Part shown: one piece after another, positions 1 to 9,390 of the stretch
How positions within the stretch are numbered: the first letter of the stretch is position 1
Layout of the letters: every line of letters begins with the position of its first letter
NCBI GenBank assembly: GCA_963720545.1
Contig: OY970399.1
Coordinates: 1,952,001 to 2,016,000 of the forward strand
Reading direction: 5' to 3'
Length of the DNA: 64,000 nucleotides
From: an uncultured Acidobacteriota bacterium
GTDB taxonomy: Bacteria > Acidobacteriota > Vicinamibacteria > Fen-336
The notes under the pieces: model-generated
Told to the model about the DNA's origin: nothing
The model's input: only the letters and a program-made list of their open reading frames with translations
Databases searched by the model: none
Made by a program: the position numbers and the translations under genes

Positions 1-3000
1 AGCCGGCGTGCGGCGCGCGACGCGCGCGCCGACGCTTCGTCCTGGTCTTGCGCAACGCCGGCCTTGCGATACGCATCGAGAGCGGCGCGTTCCACCGCCA
101 GCGCCGACGCCGCGTCGCCGCCGCGCGCATAGAGCGAGGATCGCCAGCCCGCAACCGCCTCGTCGGCCGGCCGCGGGCGGTTCCAGCCCTCGAGAAAGCG
201 TGCGGCATCGACGCTGCGTCCCGCGCGCACCAGCAGGTCTGCCGTCTCGCGCCACAGCGACTCGCGCTCGGGACGTACCGCGGTCGCGGCCTGCGCCATC
301 ACGATGGCGCCGTCGAGGTCGTGGTTCGCAAGACGCAGCTCGCGCACCGCCACCGCCCAGCGCACGTCGCGCGGGCTGCGTAGCTGCTGCCTCTCGAAGT
401 GCTGCAGCAGCTCGGCCATGCGGCCGCCGCGCTGCGCGGCGCGCGCCGCCGCGCTGAGCCACGGCCGCTCGACGCGCCGGTTGAGCGCCTCGATGTAGAG
501 AGCCATTGCCGCAGCCGGCTGCTTCTCGTCGGCGGCCGCCCCGGCCAGCTCGGCCCACAGGTAGGGCCTGCGCTCCGCGGCAAAGCTCGGCTCTTCCCCG
601 GCCGCCATCGCGACGAGGTCCGCGTGGGGATCGCGGCGCAGCTTCAGCCGCGCGAGCAGGCGCAAGGCGCCAAGGCGCGCACTGGCATTGTCCTCGCCGT
701 GGGCAGCGTTCGCCGCATCCAGCAGTGCTGTGGCTGCGCGTTCGGCGCGCGCCAGGTCGGATGCCGCGAGCGAGTCGCCGGTGAGGCGCGCCAGCAGGTC
801 TTGCCGATGGCCACTTGCCGCGCTCGCGGCCGCCGCCTCCAGGACTGCGCGCGCCTCGTCACCGCGGCCAGTCCGATTGAGGAACGAAACGCGGTCGTCG
901 AGGAGGCCGAGACTCCACGGGTAGCGCTCCCCCAGCTTGTGCCATTCGGCCGCCGCCGCTGCAACACCCTGCGAGCGTTCGAGCCACGCAAGTCGTGCCG
1001 CCTCCACACGCAGGCGCAGCGGCGTTTCGCCCATCGCAGGCAGGCGCGCCGCCAGCGCCCGCCATGCCGACTCCGCTTCGGCATCGCGTGCGGCCGCGGC
1101 CAGGAGCTGCGCGCGTTCGAGCTCGACTCGCAGCCGCTCGTCCGCGGTGGGCGCCAGTTCCGCGCGGCGCGCGAGCACCGCGGCGCGGAACCCGACGTGC
1201 TGGTCGCGCGACAGCGACTGGACAGCGATGCCCTCGACGAGCGCGGCGGCGCGATCGAGAAACTCGGTCGAGGAGGCACGGGCGATGAACGCGTTCGCCT
1301 GCGCAACGAGATGCTGGCGCACGGCGAGAATGCCCGCGTGGTGCGCCCCGCGTGCCGCGTCCATGGCGGCCTGCCGCTGCTCGCGGCCGACGGAGTCGTG
1401 CGGCAGATCGGCGGCGTCGATCCAGTCGTCCACGTCCCACTCGAGTCCGGGCGTGGTGTCTGCGATGGTGCCGAGCGGGAAGAGCGCGGCCAGGCGGCGT
1501 TCATCGGCCTCGCTCCCCGCCTCGAGCTTGTCGATCGTAGCGAGGATTCCGGCGCGTGTGCGGTCGCGGCCGAGGAGCTGCACCAGGCGCCGCAGCGAGC
1601 GCTGGTCTTCGTCGAACGCCGAACAGAAGCAGGTTCCGTCTTCGGGCAGAGACGCCTGAAGATACTCGACCACGGCAGCGTTCGGGTCGCCGCGCTCTTC
1701 GCGAAGGACGCCCGCCTCGAAAGCCAGAAGCCGCGGCTGCTTCAACGTCACGCGCGCCGACTCGATGGCGGCGAGCGCCTCGGTGGTGTGGCCATAGTCC
1801 CAGAGGAGCGCCGACAGCCGGTCGGTTTTCGGCGCCACGTCGCCCGCACCGTCCAGCAGGTGCTGCCAATCCGCGAGCGCCAGGTCGGGACGGCCGATGT
1901 CTTCGTGAAGCTCGCCGAGGGTCGTCCAGAGTGGCGCAGCGTCGGGCAGCGCCGGCGCCGTGCGCGCCACGAGCGCCGCCGCGCCTGCGGCATGCGCTGG
2001 CGTGAGCGGCGCCAGCGAGCGGTGCAGCGACAGCGCTGCGCGCGCCAGCGGCTCCTCGCCCGGGTAGGCCGCGCTCAGCCGGTCGGCCGCCGCGTGCGCT
2101 TTCTCGAAGAGCGACAGCCGGCTCCAGCCCTCGTAAAGCAGGAGGTCGCGCACCGGATCCTGCGCGTCGCTCTTCTCGAGCACCTCGAGCCGCTCCTCGA
2201 GGTCGCCACGCTTCATTGCCGCCGCGAACCACCGCTCGCGCTCTCCCGAATCGACGAACAGGACGGCGTAGCGGCGCTCGGTGAGGAGCGCTTCGTAAGA
2301 GTCGAAGCCGTTCCTGCGGACGAGACGCGACGCGGCCTCGCGATAGACGGTGGGGCTGTGCGGAAAGCGCTCGAGGGCGCGCAGGCGCACGAAGTCGGCG
2401 AAGCGCACCAGGCGCACGCGCGCGCCCGGGGCCGGTGCTGCCGACGGCAGGGGCAATTGCAGGCTCTGGTCCGCGTCGCTGCGGGCGAAGATGTCGCTGC
2501 CGCGGAAGCGCGCCACCAGCTTGTCGGCCAGCGCCTGCAGTTCGGCGGTGCGCTTGCGGCGGGCATAGTAGCGCGCGAGCTTCGACCACCAGCTCGCGTC
2601 GTCGAACGCGGCGATCGCCTTCTCGTAGCGCGGCGCCAGCTCGTCGTCGAGATTCCACTGTTCGAGGCGCGCCGCGAGCTGGAGCCAAAGGGCCTCCGCG
2701 CGCGGCAGGCGGTCCATCTCGCCAAGCATCAGCGCGACCGAGGCCTGGTGCGAAGGGTCGAGATAGTCGGCGCGCGCCAGGGCGTCCTCGAGGACGTTGC
2801 GGTACGAATCCTGCGGTTCGGCGGCCGGCAGCTCGGCGTCGGTGTCGTCGTAAGGCTGCGGCGGCGGGTCCCACGCCGGGACCGCGCCATCGGCTGCGAG
2901 CGCTGCAAGGCGCGCGCGGTAGAGACGCAGCTCGGCGTCGAGCGGCGCCTTGGTCAGCCGCATGGCAAGGAGCGCCGTGCGGCGGGCGCGATCGGCGAGT

Positions 3001-4403
3001 GCGCTCTCACCTGCTTCGAGCGCCGGCAGGAGCGCCAGCGCCGCGGCGCCATCGCCTTGCTCGACATGGCGCTCCATGATCGCGAGCCGCAGGCGCGGCA
3101 GCGCGGCGTGCGCCGGTGCGCGCTTCGTGAGCTCGTCCACGAGGGCGCGCGCCGCAGCGAACGTGCGCACGCGCACCGAGTCGGACGCGAGCCGTGCGAG
3201 CGCTTCCTTCCAGTCGGTGCCGGTCAGCAGCAGCGAGAGGCCGCCGGTCCAGAAGCCGGGCGTCTCATCGAGGCGCGCGACCCAGGCGTACGGTTCGTCG
3301 CTGTAACTGCCCCAGGCCAGCGGGCGGCCGCCGGCACGCAGCGCCTGGTCGGCGAGGGCGGCGAGGTCTTCGACCTGTTCCGTCGCCGAAGCACCGCTCG
3401 CCGCCGCGAGCCGGGCGCGGAATGCCTCGGGGCCTGCGTCGATGATGTCGTAGCCGCGCGCGAGCGTCAGCCAGCCCGCGCGCCCCAGGATGCCGCCGTC
3501 GCGGCGGTCCACCTGCCGCAGCGCCGCCAGGGCAGCGTCGCCGCGGCCCTGGCCTGCGAAGTACACGACCAGCCGGACCAGGGCGTTCGCGTCGAAACCA
3601 GCGGCCAGCTTTCCCCGCCACTCTTCCGGCACGCCCGGCGCGGCCTTGTCGACCCGCGCGGCAAAGGCGCGTAGCGCGTCGCGGCTGCGGAGCGACTCGA
3701 CCTCGTCGTCGAGTGTGCGCAACGCTGCGCGCCAATCCTGCCTTGCGGCATGCGCCAGCGAGGCGACCACGGCGCGCCGCTCCCGATCGAGCAGCGCCGC
3801 CGGCATGGCGGCGAGCGCCGTCAGGGCTTCGTCCGGCTGGTGATCGCGGACCAGGACTCGCAGGAAGCGTTCCGCCGCGCGCGCGTCGTTTGGAGTCAGC
3901 GCGACGTGCTCGCGGTACAGCGCCAGAACGTCGACGCCTTCAGGCTTCGCCTCGGCCCAGGAGATGCGCTCCCGGGCAAGCGCCAGCCGTGCGTCGGGGT
4001 CGAGGCCGGGCAAAGCGGACGCGGCCGCCTTGTAGGCGAACGTGTCGTCGCCGCGCTCGTGCGCCCACCGTGCGGCCTCGGCCCAGGCCGCCGGCCCGCC
4101 ATCGGGCGATTGCGCCCACGACTCGAGTGCGCGCAGCGCGCCGGCGCGGTCGCCAAGCCGCATGCGCGCCTCCGCCAGGTGGCGCAGCGCCATGGGTCCC
4201 GGTTGCGTTTCGAGCGCCGCCAGCAACTCACGCGTCGGCGTCTCGTAGTGGACCTCGTGGCCATCGAGCAGCGCCGTACGTGTCGCCGCACCGAAGATGG
4301 CATCGCTCTTCGCGAGCTCCTCCCACGGAACATACGAAGACGCGGCGAGGCCGAGCGCGGCGAGCGCCAGGACGGCCGGCCGGCTGCCGAAGGTTGCGCT
4401 CAC
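1..4403 (-). CDS. Giant exported TPR/alpha-solenoid protein, more than 1460 aa, 3' end beyond the window
   Basis: GTG at 4403-4401 overlaps the upstream TGA (GTGA). Reads MSATFGSRPAVLALAALGLAASSYVPWEELAK... (signal-like), then Ala/Leu/Arg-rich helical repeats. The ORF track lists no closed ORF in this frame, consistent with it staying open to base 1. The + ORFs 48..383, 399..3674 and 3750..4751 are its codon-aligned antisense shadows. Confidence 0.8.
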   Translation of the reverse strand, partial: MSATFGSRPAVLALAALGLAASSYVPWEELAKSDAIFGAATRTALLDGHEVHYETPTRELLAALETQPGPMALRHLAEARMRLGDRAGALRALESWAQSPDGGPAAWAEAARWAHERGDDTFAYKAAASALPGLDPDARLALARERISWAEAKPEGVDVLALYREHVALTPNDARAAERFLRVLVRDHQPDEALTALAAMPAALLDRERRAVVASLAHAARQDWRAALRTLDDEVESLRSRDALRAFAARVDKAAPGVPEEWRGKLAAGFDANALVRLVVYFAGQGRGDAALAALRQVDRRDGGILGRAGWLTLARGYDIIDAGPEAFRARLAAASGASATEQVEDLAALADQALRAGGRPLAWGSYSDEPYAWVARLDETPGFWTGGLSLLLTGTDWKEALARLASDSVRVRTFAAARALVDELTKRAPAHAALPRLRLAIMERHVEQGDGAAALALLPALEAGESALADRARRTALLAMRLTKAPLDAELRLYRARLAALAADGAVPAWDPPPQPYDDTDAELPAAEPQDSYRNVLEDALARADYLDPSHQASVALMLGEMDRLPRAEALWLQLAARLEQWNLDDELAPRYEKAIAAFDDASWWSKLARYYARRKRTAELQALADKLVARFRGSDIFARSDADQSLQLPLPSAAPAPGARVRLVRFADFVRLRALERFPHSPTVYREAASRLVRRNGFDSYEALLTERRYAVLFVDSGERERWFAAAMKRGDLEERLEVLEKSDAQDPVRDLLLYEGWSRLSLFEKAHAAADRLSAAYPGEEPLARAALSLHRSLAPLTPAHAAGAAALVARTAPALPDAAPLWTTLGELHEDIGRPDLALADWQHLLDGAGDVAPKTDRLSALLWDYGHTTEALAAIESARVTLKQPRLLAFEAGVLREERGDPNAAVVEYLQASLPEDGTCFCSAFDEDQRSLRRLVQLLGRDRTRAGILATIDKLEAGSEADERRLAALFPLGTIADTTPGLEWDVDDWIDAADLPHDSVGREQRQAAMDAARGAHHAGILAVRQHLVAQANAFIARASSTEFLDRAAALVEGIAVQSLSRDQHVGFRAAVLARRAELAPTADERLRVELERAQLLAAAARDAEAESAWRALAARLPAMGETPLRLRVEAARLAWLERSQGVAAAAAEWHKLGERYPWSLGLLDDRVSFLNRTGRGDEARAVLEAAAASAASGHRQDLLARLTGDSLAASDLARAERAATALLDAANAAHGEDNASARLGALRLLARLKLRRDPHADLVAMAAGEEPSFAAERRPYLWAELAGAAADEKQPAAAMALYIEALNRRVERPWLSAAARAAQRGGRMAELLQHFERQQLRSPRDVRWAVAVRELRLANHDLDGAIVMAQAATAVRPERESLWRETADLLVRAGRSVDAARFLEGWNRPRPADEAVAGWRSSLYARGGDAASALAVERAALDAYRKAGVAQDQDEASARASRAARR

Positions 4404-6697
4404 GGCTGCACCAGTACTGTCGCGCGCACGAAGGAGTGGTTCTTTGCGGCGTCCACAGCTTCGAAGAGGACCGGCAGGCGGCCCGCCGCGTTCGCCGGCA
4501 CACGCCAAGTCCCCACCGAGCGGCGTGTCGCGGGATCCCACCGCAGCGCCACCGGCGCCTGTTCGCCAAAGCGCGCCGTGAGGACGATGACGTCCTCGTC
4601 GGCGCCGGCCGCGATCAGAACCGAGTCGCCCATCCGTACCGTCGCCGGCAGTTGCGGCGTGAGCCGGGGCGCCGTGCCGTCGATCACGAACTCCTTGTTC
4701 TCGGAAACCGCCAGGCCGCTCTCATCCTTAATAAGGATGCGTACGCTGTAGCGGCCGTCCCGGAGGCCGGACGGCACCAGGAAGCGTCCTTCCCAGACGT
4801 TCGACCGTGGCCGGCGCCGCAGCGGCAGGCGCAGTCCGAAAGGAAGGAGCGCCGTCGCCGCCACGGTGCGCGCGTCGCATTCGACGCGTAGCACCGGATC
4901 GCCCGGCTGGATGCGGCGCGGGCGCAACAGCGAGCGCGGGGCGGCCAGGAACGCCGTGTAGGGTGTGACGAATTTGTAGCGGCGTGACAATTCGACGATC
5001 TCGTCCACCAGCGCGCGCGTCTCGCCCTCGGCCTCGACGCGGCGCAGCAGTTCGTCCACGCGAGCGCGCGCCCAGCGCCGCGGCAGGTCGCGCGCTTCGC
5101 TCGCGGCCTCCGGCAGCGCCGCCGTGATTGCCGCCGCGGCGTCGTTGAAGCTGAACCGCAGGCTCGCCTGCGGTACGGCGTAGCGGCCGATCCAGCCCGA
5201 AGCCGAGCCGGGAGCGATCGGCTGCACCATCACCGGATACACGTCGCGAATCCTCGCCTCGCCGCCTTTCACCTGGAACGGCAGCCCGGGCGACCGCGGC
5301 ACGGCCTCGCCGCTGTCGGCGCTGGCAGCGCCGGCGAGAAAGCTCGCGATGAACGAGCTGCGCTCCGGCGCGCTCGACAGCGGCGTGACGATGGCGCGCG
5401 CCGCGTTGCGCAGCGACTCGGGCGTTTCCGCGCCGCCGATCGAAACGAACAGCGGCGCACCACCCGCGGCTTGCCGCAGCGCCTGCGAACCCTCGTGACC
5501 GCTGCCGTCGGTCAGCAGCAGGATCGCGGCGCCGCCAATGGCCCGAGCGCGCGCGACCGCGGCCGCGACGTCGGTGCCGGGCGCCAGCAGCCGCGCACGC
5601 AGCCGCAGCAGGCTGGCATCGATGGCGGCGGCCGTCGCTGCTTCGAGGACCGGGCCGGCTTCGGGCTGTCGATCGAATGCAATCACGGCGAAGCGGTCCG
5701 CGGGCGTCAGCGAGCGCAGCACGTCGGCGAGCAGCGCGTACGACGATTCGAGGCCGGCAAAGCGGTGGCTCAGCGACGTGTCGAAGAGAAAGACGAACTG
5801 CCCCGGCTTGCGCGGCGGCGACACAGCACCGCCATCCGCAGCACTGCCAGTGACATGCGGTGCGTATTCGAGAAGGAAGAAGCCGTCCTTCTCCGGCGGA
5901 ATCTCCGCTGCGCGCTCCCAGGGGGCCAATGCGATGCCGTCGGGCAGCCGGCCGTCGGGAGTGCGGAACGCGGTGAGGCGAAGCACGGGCGTGCCGGCCC
6001 GCGGCCGCAGGCGCACCAGCAGATCCTTGTCGAGCAGCGCATTTTTCGCGGTGAGCCCGAGACCGTCGGCATCCGCTGCCAGCGTCAAGCCCCCGGCCGG
6101 CGCGGACAGCTCGCCGTCGGCGGAGCGCACGTGAATGCGCAAGGTGCGCGCACGCGCCGGCATCCCTTCGTTCGCACGCAGCGCCACGCGCAACTCGCTG
6201 CTGCCGCCGATGAGCGGCACCTCCTGCTGGAACTGCAGCTCGAGGCGCTTGGTGCCGCGCGGCGGGATCGGCGCAATCGCGACCGAGAAGAGCGAACCGC
6301 CCGAGGGCCGCGCCGGACCCGCCGCGTCGCCGCCGCGGTCGTCCTCGTCGCCTTGCTGCAGCAGTCCTGGATCGATGCGCTGCGTCGTGAGGTCGCGGTA
6401 GATGGCGCGCGCCCGCCGTTTCTCGAGGATCATGCCGGGGATCCGCACGAGGCCGTCCCACACGGCGAAATCACCAACCGCCGCGGAGGGCGGCAGGGTG
6501 AAGCGCCAGCTGCCCTCCTGCGGCGCGTCGGTGTGGTTCTCGAACACCTGGCGCACGTTGACGCGCGCGTAGCCGCGCGCGATCTCCGCCTCGATCGTCA
6601 TCTCGCGCAGCGACACGACCGCCGCGTCGGGGCGGCCGGTGCTCGTGGGAATGAGCAGGCCTGCTTGCGCGACGAGCGTCAGCAGCACGGGCGTCAT
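4400..6697 (-). CDS. Exported VIT + von Willebrand A domain protein
   Basis: Signal-like N-terminus; VIT-like segment (ARVNVRQVFENHT...EGSWRFTLPPSAAVGDFAVWDG); vWA MIDAS DTSLS and LLLTDG; C-terminal SRRYKFVTPYTAFLA typical of VIT-vWA proteins, then an Ig-like tail. Confidence 0.85.
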   Translation of the reverse strand: MTPVLLTLVAQAGLLIPTSTGRPDAAVVSLREMTIEAEIARGYARVNVRQVFENHTDAPQEGSWRFTLPPSAAVGDFAVWDGLVRIPGMILEKRRARAIYRDLTTQRIDPGLLQQGDEDDRGGDAAGPARPSGGSLFSVAIAPIPPRGTKRLELQFQQEVPLIGGSSELRVALRANEGMPARARTLRIHVRSADGELSAPAGGLTLAADADGLGLTAKNALLDKDLLVRLRPRAGTPVLRLTAFRTPDGRLPDGIALAPWERAAEIPPEKDGFFLLEYAPHVTGSAADGGAVSPPRKPGQFVFLFDTSLSHRFAGLESSYALLADVLRSLTPADRFAVIAFDRQPEAGPVLEAATAAAIDASLLRLRARLLAPGTDVAAAVARARAIGGAAILLLTDGSGHEGSQALRQAAGGAPLFVSIGGAETPESLRNAARAIVTPLSSAPERSSFIASFLAGAASADSGEAVPRSPGLPFQVKGGEARIRDVYPVMVQPIAPGSASGWIGRYAVPQASLRFSFNDAAAAITAALPEAASEARDLPRRWARARVDELLRRVEAEGETRALVDEIVELSRRYKFVTPYTAFLAAPRSLLRPRRIQPGDPVLRVECDARTVAATALLPFGLRLPLRRRPRSNVWEGRFLVPSGLRDGRYSVRILIKDESGLAVSENKEFVIDGTAPRLTPQLPATVRMGDSVLIAAGADEDVIVLTARFGEQAPVALRWDPATRRSVGTWRVPANAAGRLPVLFEAVDAAKNHSFVRATVLVQP

Positions 6698-6715
6698 TGC
6701 GTCATTGGGTCATTG
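6692..6715 (-). repeat. 3 x 8-bp tandem repeat CAATGAC(C/G) creating three successive ATGA stop/start overlaps
   Basis: Minus strand reads CAATGACC CAATGACG CAATGACG (6715-6708, 6707-6700, 6699-6692). Confidence 0.9.
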
Positions 6716-8485
6716 CGCCGCGATCCGCAGGCGCGCGATGCCGGCGTCGGTGCCGACGTACAGCCAGCCGGAGTCGGCGAGCAGCGCGCTGATGCGCGCG
6801 GACGGCAGCAGGAACTCCACCGGCTCGAAGTGGTCGCTGCCGGGTTCGCGGACGAACAAGCCGCGGTCGTCGGTGCCGAGGAATAGCCGGCCGCGGGCGT
6901 CGACCAGGCAGCCCGGGTTGACCTTGAACCCGGCGGTCTCCGGATAGGCAACGAAGCGGCTGGCGCCGCTTGGTCGCCGCGCGACGCCGCCGCCGTAGGT
7001 CGCGACATGCAATCCGTCTTCGGTCTGCGCCAGTGCGCTCACCCATGGATTCGGCAGCGCGCTCTCCGCGGCGCCCTGCAGCAAAACGCGGGTGCCGCCA
7101 ATTGCGCCCAGGCCCGACGGCGTGCCGACATAGAGGGCATCGGTGAAGAGCAGCGCCAGCGCCTGGTTCCCCGGCAGGCCGTGGAACGCCGAGAGCATTC
7201 CGGAGTCGCCGAGCTTCACGCCCTGGCCGTAGCCGATCGCAACGCCCTGCGGTGTTGCCACCAGCGAGAACGCAGCGCCCGGCCCTTCGATGTCCTCGAC
7301 CCGCCCGCCCGCAACGCGGCTCGCACCGCGCAAGCTCGCGACGAACAACGCGCCGCCCGAAGGCAACAACGCGTTGACGCCCCAGATGCCAGCCGCCGGA
7401 ACCCGGCGCAACGTTATCCCCGGCGCACGCTCCGTTCCCAGGTAGAGCCCGTCGTCGAACAGCCCCACCGCAAGTTCTCCGGAAAAGCGCGCCAGGGCGC
7501 CGACATGAAAAGCACCCGTGGCGGTCGACGCTGGACGCGGCGAGACGGAACGAAATCCCGAACTGGTGTGCGTCATCAGCCCGGCGGCGGTATCGACGTA
7601 GAGCGTGCCGCCGACGGCGAACAAGCGGCGCCCGGGCGCGGGCAGCATTTCCTCGCGCCACACGCCGCCGGCAAGGCGGTGCAGCGACTGCGACCACTCG
7701 CCGGCGAGGCCGAACACCTCGCCTTTGGCTGCGACCGCGGTGGTGATGAACGATCCGCCGTGCGTGAGGGCGAAGCCGGCGCCGGTCGCGCGTTCGAGGC
7801 CGCGGGCGCTCACCGCGAACAGCTGGCCCGAAGCGACGAACAGGTTCTCGACCCATGGATCCTGGGTGGCGAGCGATTCGGTCAGCGTGCCCGCGGTACG
7901 GAACGCGCCGCGTTCGCCGCCCGACAGGATGGCGCCGTCCTCGGCGAGCGCGATGGCGCGCACCGGATGCGCGGCGAGCCGCTCCATCTGCGCACCGCCG
8001 AAGGCGACGCGCAGCAGGCCCTCGCGCGCACCGATGAGCAGTTCGCCGCCGGTGGTCTCGGCGAGCGTCCGCACGTGCAGCAGGCCGAAGCCGCTGCGCA
8101 TCTCCGCCCATTCGCCGCCGCGGCGCACGAACAGGCCGCCGTCGGTGGATGCCGCCACGAGCCGGCCGCGCCAGGAGTGGAGCGCCGACATTTGGCGCAG
8201 CGGCAGCGCGGCCGACAGGTCGGTGCGCTCCGCTCCCGCGGCGATGCCAAAGCCGCCGGCCAGGATGAGGCCGTCGTCGGTTGCAGCAACCGCCTGCACG
8301 TCACCGCTGGTCGCGACGATCGCCGCCGCCGGCCGCGGCGGAACCGCGGCGAGGCTGAACGCGGCGACGTTGGCCGGCGCCGGCGCGTATGCCTCGTTCA
8401 CTTGCCGGCGCAGCGCGACCGCCGCAACCAGGGCAACGAGCGCGACTGCGACCAGCGACGCGGCGGCGATGCGGCGAGGGTTCAA
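6710..8485 (-). CDS. Membrane-anchored/exported beta-propeller protein (ligand-binding sensor-like repeats)
   Basis: N-terminal TM/signal (IAAASLVAVALVALVAAVAL); repeated blades such as LYVGTPSGL, LFLGTDDRGLF, LYVGTDAGI. Start uncertain (TTG 8485; ORF extends to 8527). Confidence 0.75.
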   Translation of the reverse strand: MNPRRIAAASLVAVALVALVAAVALRRQVNEAYAPAPANVAAFSLAAVPPRPAAAIVATSGDVQAVAATDDGLILAGGFGIAAGAERTDLSAALPLRQMSALHSWRGRLVAASTDGGLFVRRGGEWAEMRSGFGLLHVRTLAETTGGELLIGAREGLLRVAFGGAQMERLAAHPVRAIALAEDGAILSGGERGAFRTAGTLTESLATQDPWVENLFVASGQLFAVSARGLERATGAGFALTHGGSFITTAVAAKGEVFGLAGEWSQSLHRLAGGVWREEMLPAPGRRLFAVGGTLYVDTAAGLMTHTSSGFRSVSPRPASTATGAFHVGALARFSGELAVGLFDDGLYLGTERAPGITLRRVPAAGIWGVNALLPSGGALFVASLRGASRVAGGRVEDIEGPGAAFSLVATPQGVAIGYGQGVKLGDSGMLSAFHGLPGNQALALLFTDALYVGTPSGLGAIGGTRVLLQGAAESALPNPWVSALAQTEDGLHVATYGGGVARRPSGASRFVAYPETAGFKVNPGCLVDARGRLFLGTDDRGLFVREPGSDHFEPVEFLLPSARISALLADSGWLYVGTDAGIARLRIAAQ

Positions 8486-8583
8486 TGTCTTTGGCCTGGC
8501 GTTAGCGCGCAAGGTTAACAGCAGCAACTCCGGCGACGTTTGGACACCGCACCGGGTGCTTCGGATCCTGTAGGCTGCGTCCC

Positions 8584-9390
8584 GTGCAAGCGCGTGTCAA
8601 CGGTGCCGAACTGAACTACGAGGCCGCCGGCAGCGGCACTGCGGTGCTTTTCCTGCACGCATTTCCCCTCGGCCTCGGCATGTGGGACGCGCAGGCCGTG
8701 GCGCTCCGCGAGCGGTTCACGGTGGTGCGCTTCGACGCGCGCGGCTTCGGCTCTTCGCCCGCCGGCGATTCGCTGTTGACCATGGAGCGCATCGCCGAAG
8801 ACGGTGTCGCGCTGCTCGACCACCTCGGCATCTCGAAGGCGATCGTCTGCGGTTCGTCGATGGGCGGCTATGCCGCGTTCGCCGTGGTGCGGCGCTTCGC
8901 CGACCGCCTCGCCGGGCTGGTGCTGGCGGGCACGCGCGCCGTGCCCGACACGCCGGAGGCGCGCAAGGCCCGCGGCGAACTGGCCGCGCGCGTGCGCAGC
9001 GCCGGCCAGCAGGCGATCGTCGACGCGTTCCTGTCGAAGCTCATCGGCAAGACCACGGCGAATTCGCGCCCGGAGGTTGCCGAGAGGCTGCGCGCCATGA
9101 TGCTGGCGGCGTCGGTCCCCGGCATTTGCAACGCTCTCGCCGGGCTCGCGGCCCGCGCCGACTCGCGCGACACGCTGCGTCAGATCGCCGTACCGGCGCT
9201 CATCCTCTGCGGCGAGGAGGACGAAACGACTCCGCCCGCCGACTCGCGCGCGATGCACGAAGGCATCCGCGGCAGCCGGCTCGTGATGATTCCGCGCGCG
9301 GGCCACATCTGCAACGTGGAAGCGCCAGCCGAGTTCAACGCAGCGCTCCTCGAATTCGCCACCTCGGTGCCGCGGCCGGCATCGGCATGA
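8584..9390 (+). CDS. Alpha/beta fold hydrolase (PcaD/enol-lactonase-like)
   Basis: FLHAFP, FDARGFG, GSSMGG nucleophile elbow, GEED, AGH. Confidence 0.85.
   Translation: MQARVNGAELNYEAAGSGTAVLFLHAFPLGLGMWDAQAVALRERFTVVRFDARGFGSSPAGDSLLTMERIAEDGVALLDHLGISKAIVCGSSMGGYAAFAVVRRFADRLAGLVLAGTRAVPDTPEARKARGELAARVRSAGQQAIVDAFLSKLIGKTTANSRPEVAERLRAMMLAASVPGICNALAGLAARADSRDTLRQIAVPALILCGEEDETTPPADSRAMHEGIRGSRLVMIPRAGHICNVEAPAEFNAALLEFATSVPRPASA

Noticed and set aside
399..3674. 1091-aa plus-strand ORF
   Set aside because: Codon-aligned antisense shadow of the giant minus-strand TPR gene; no recognisable motifs; typical of high-GC DNA
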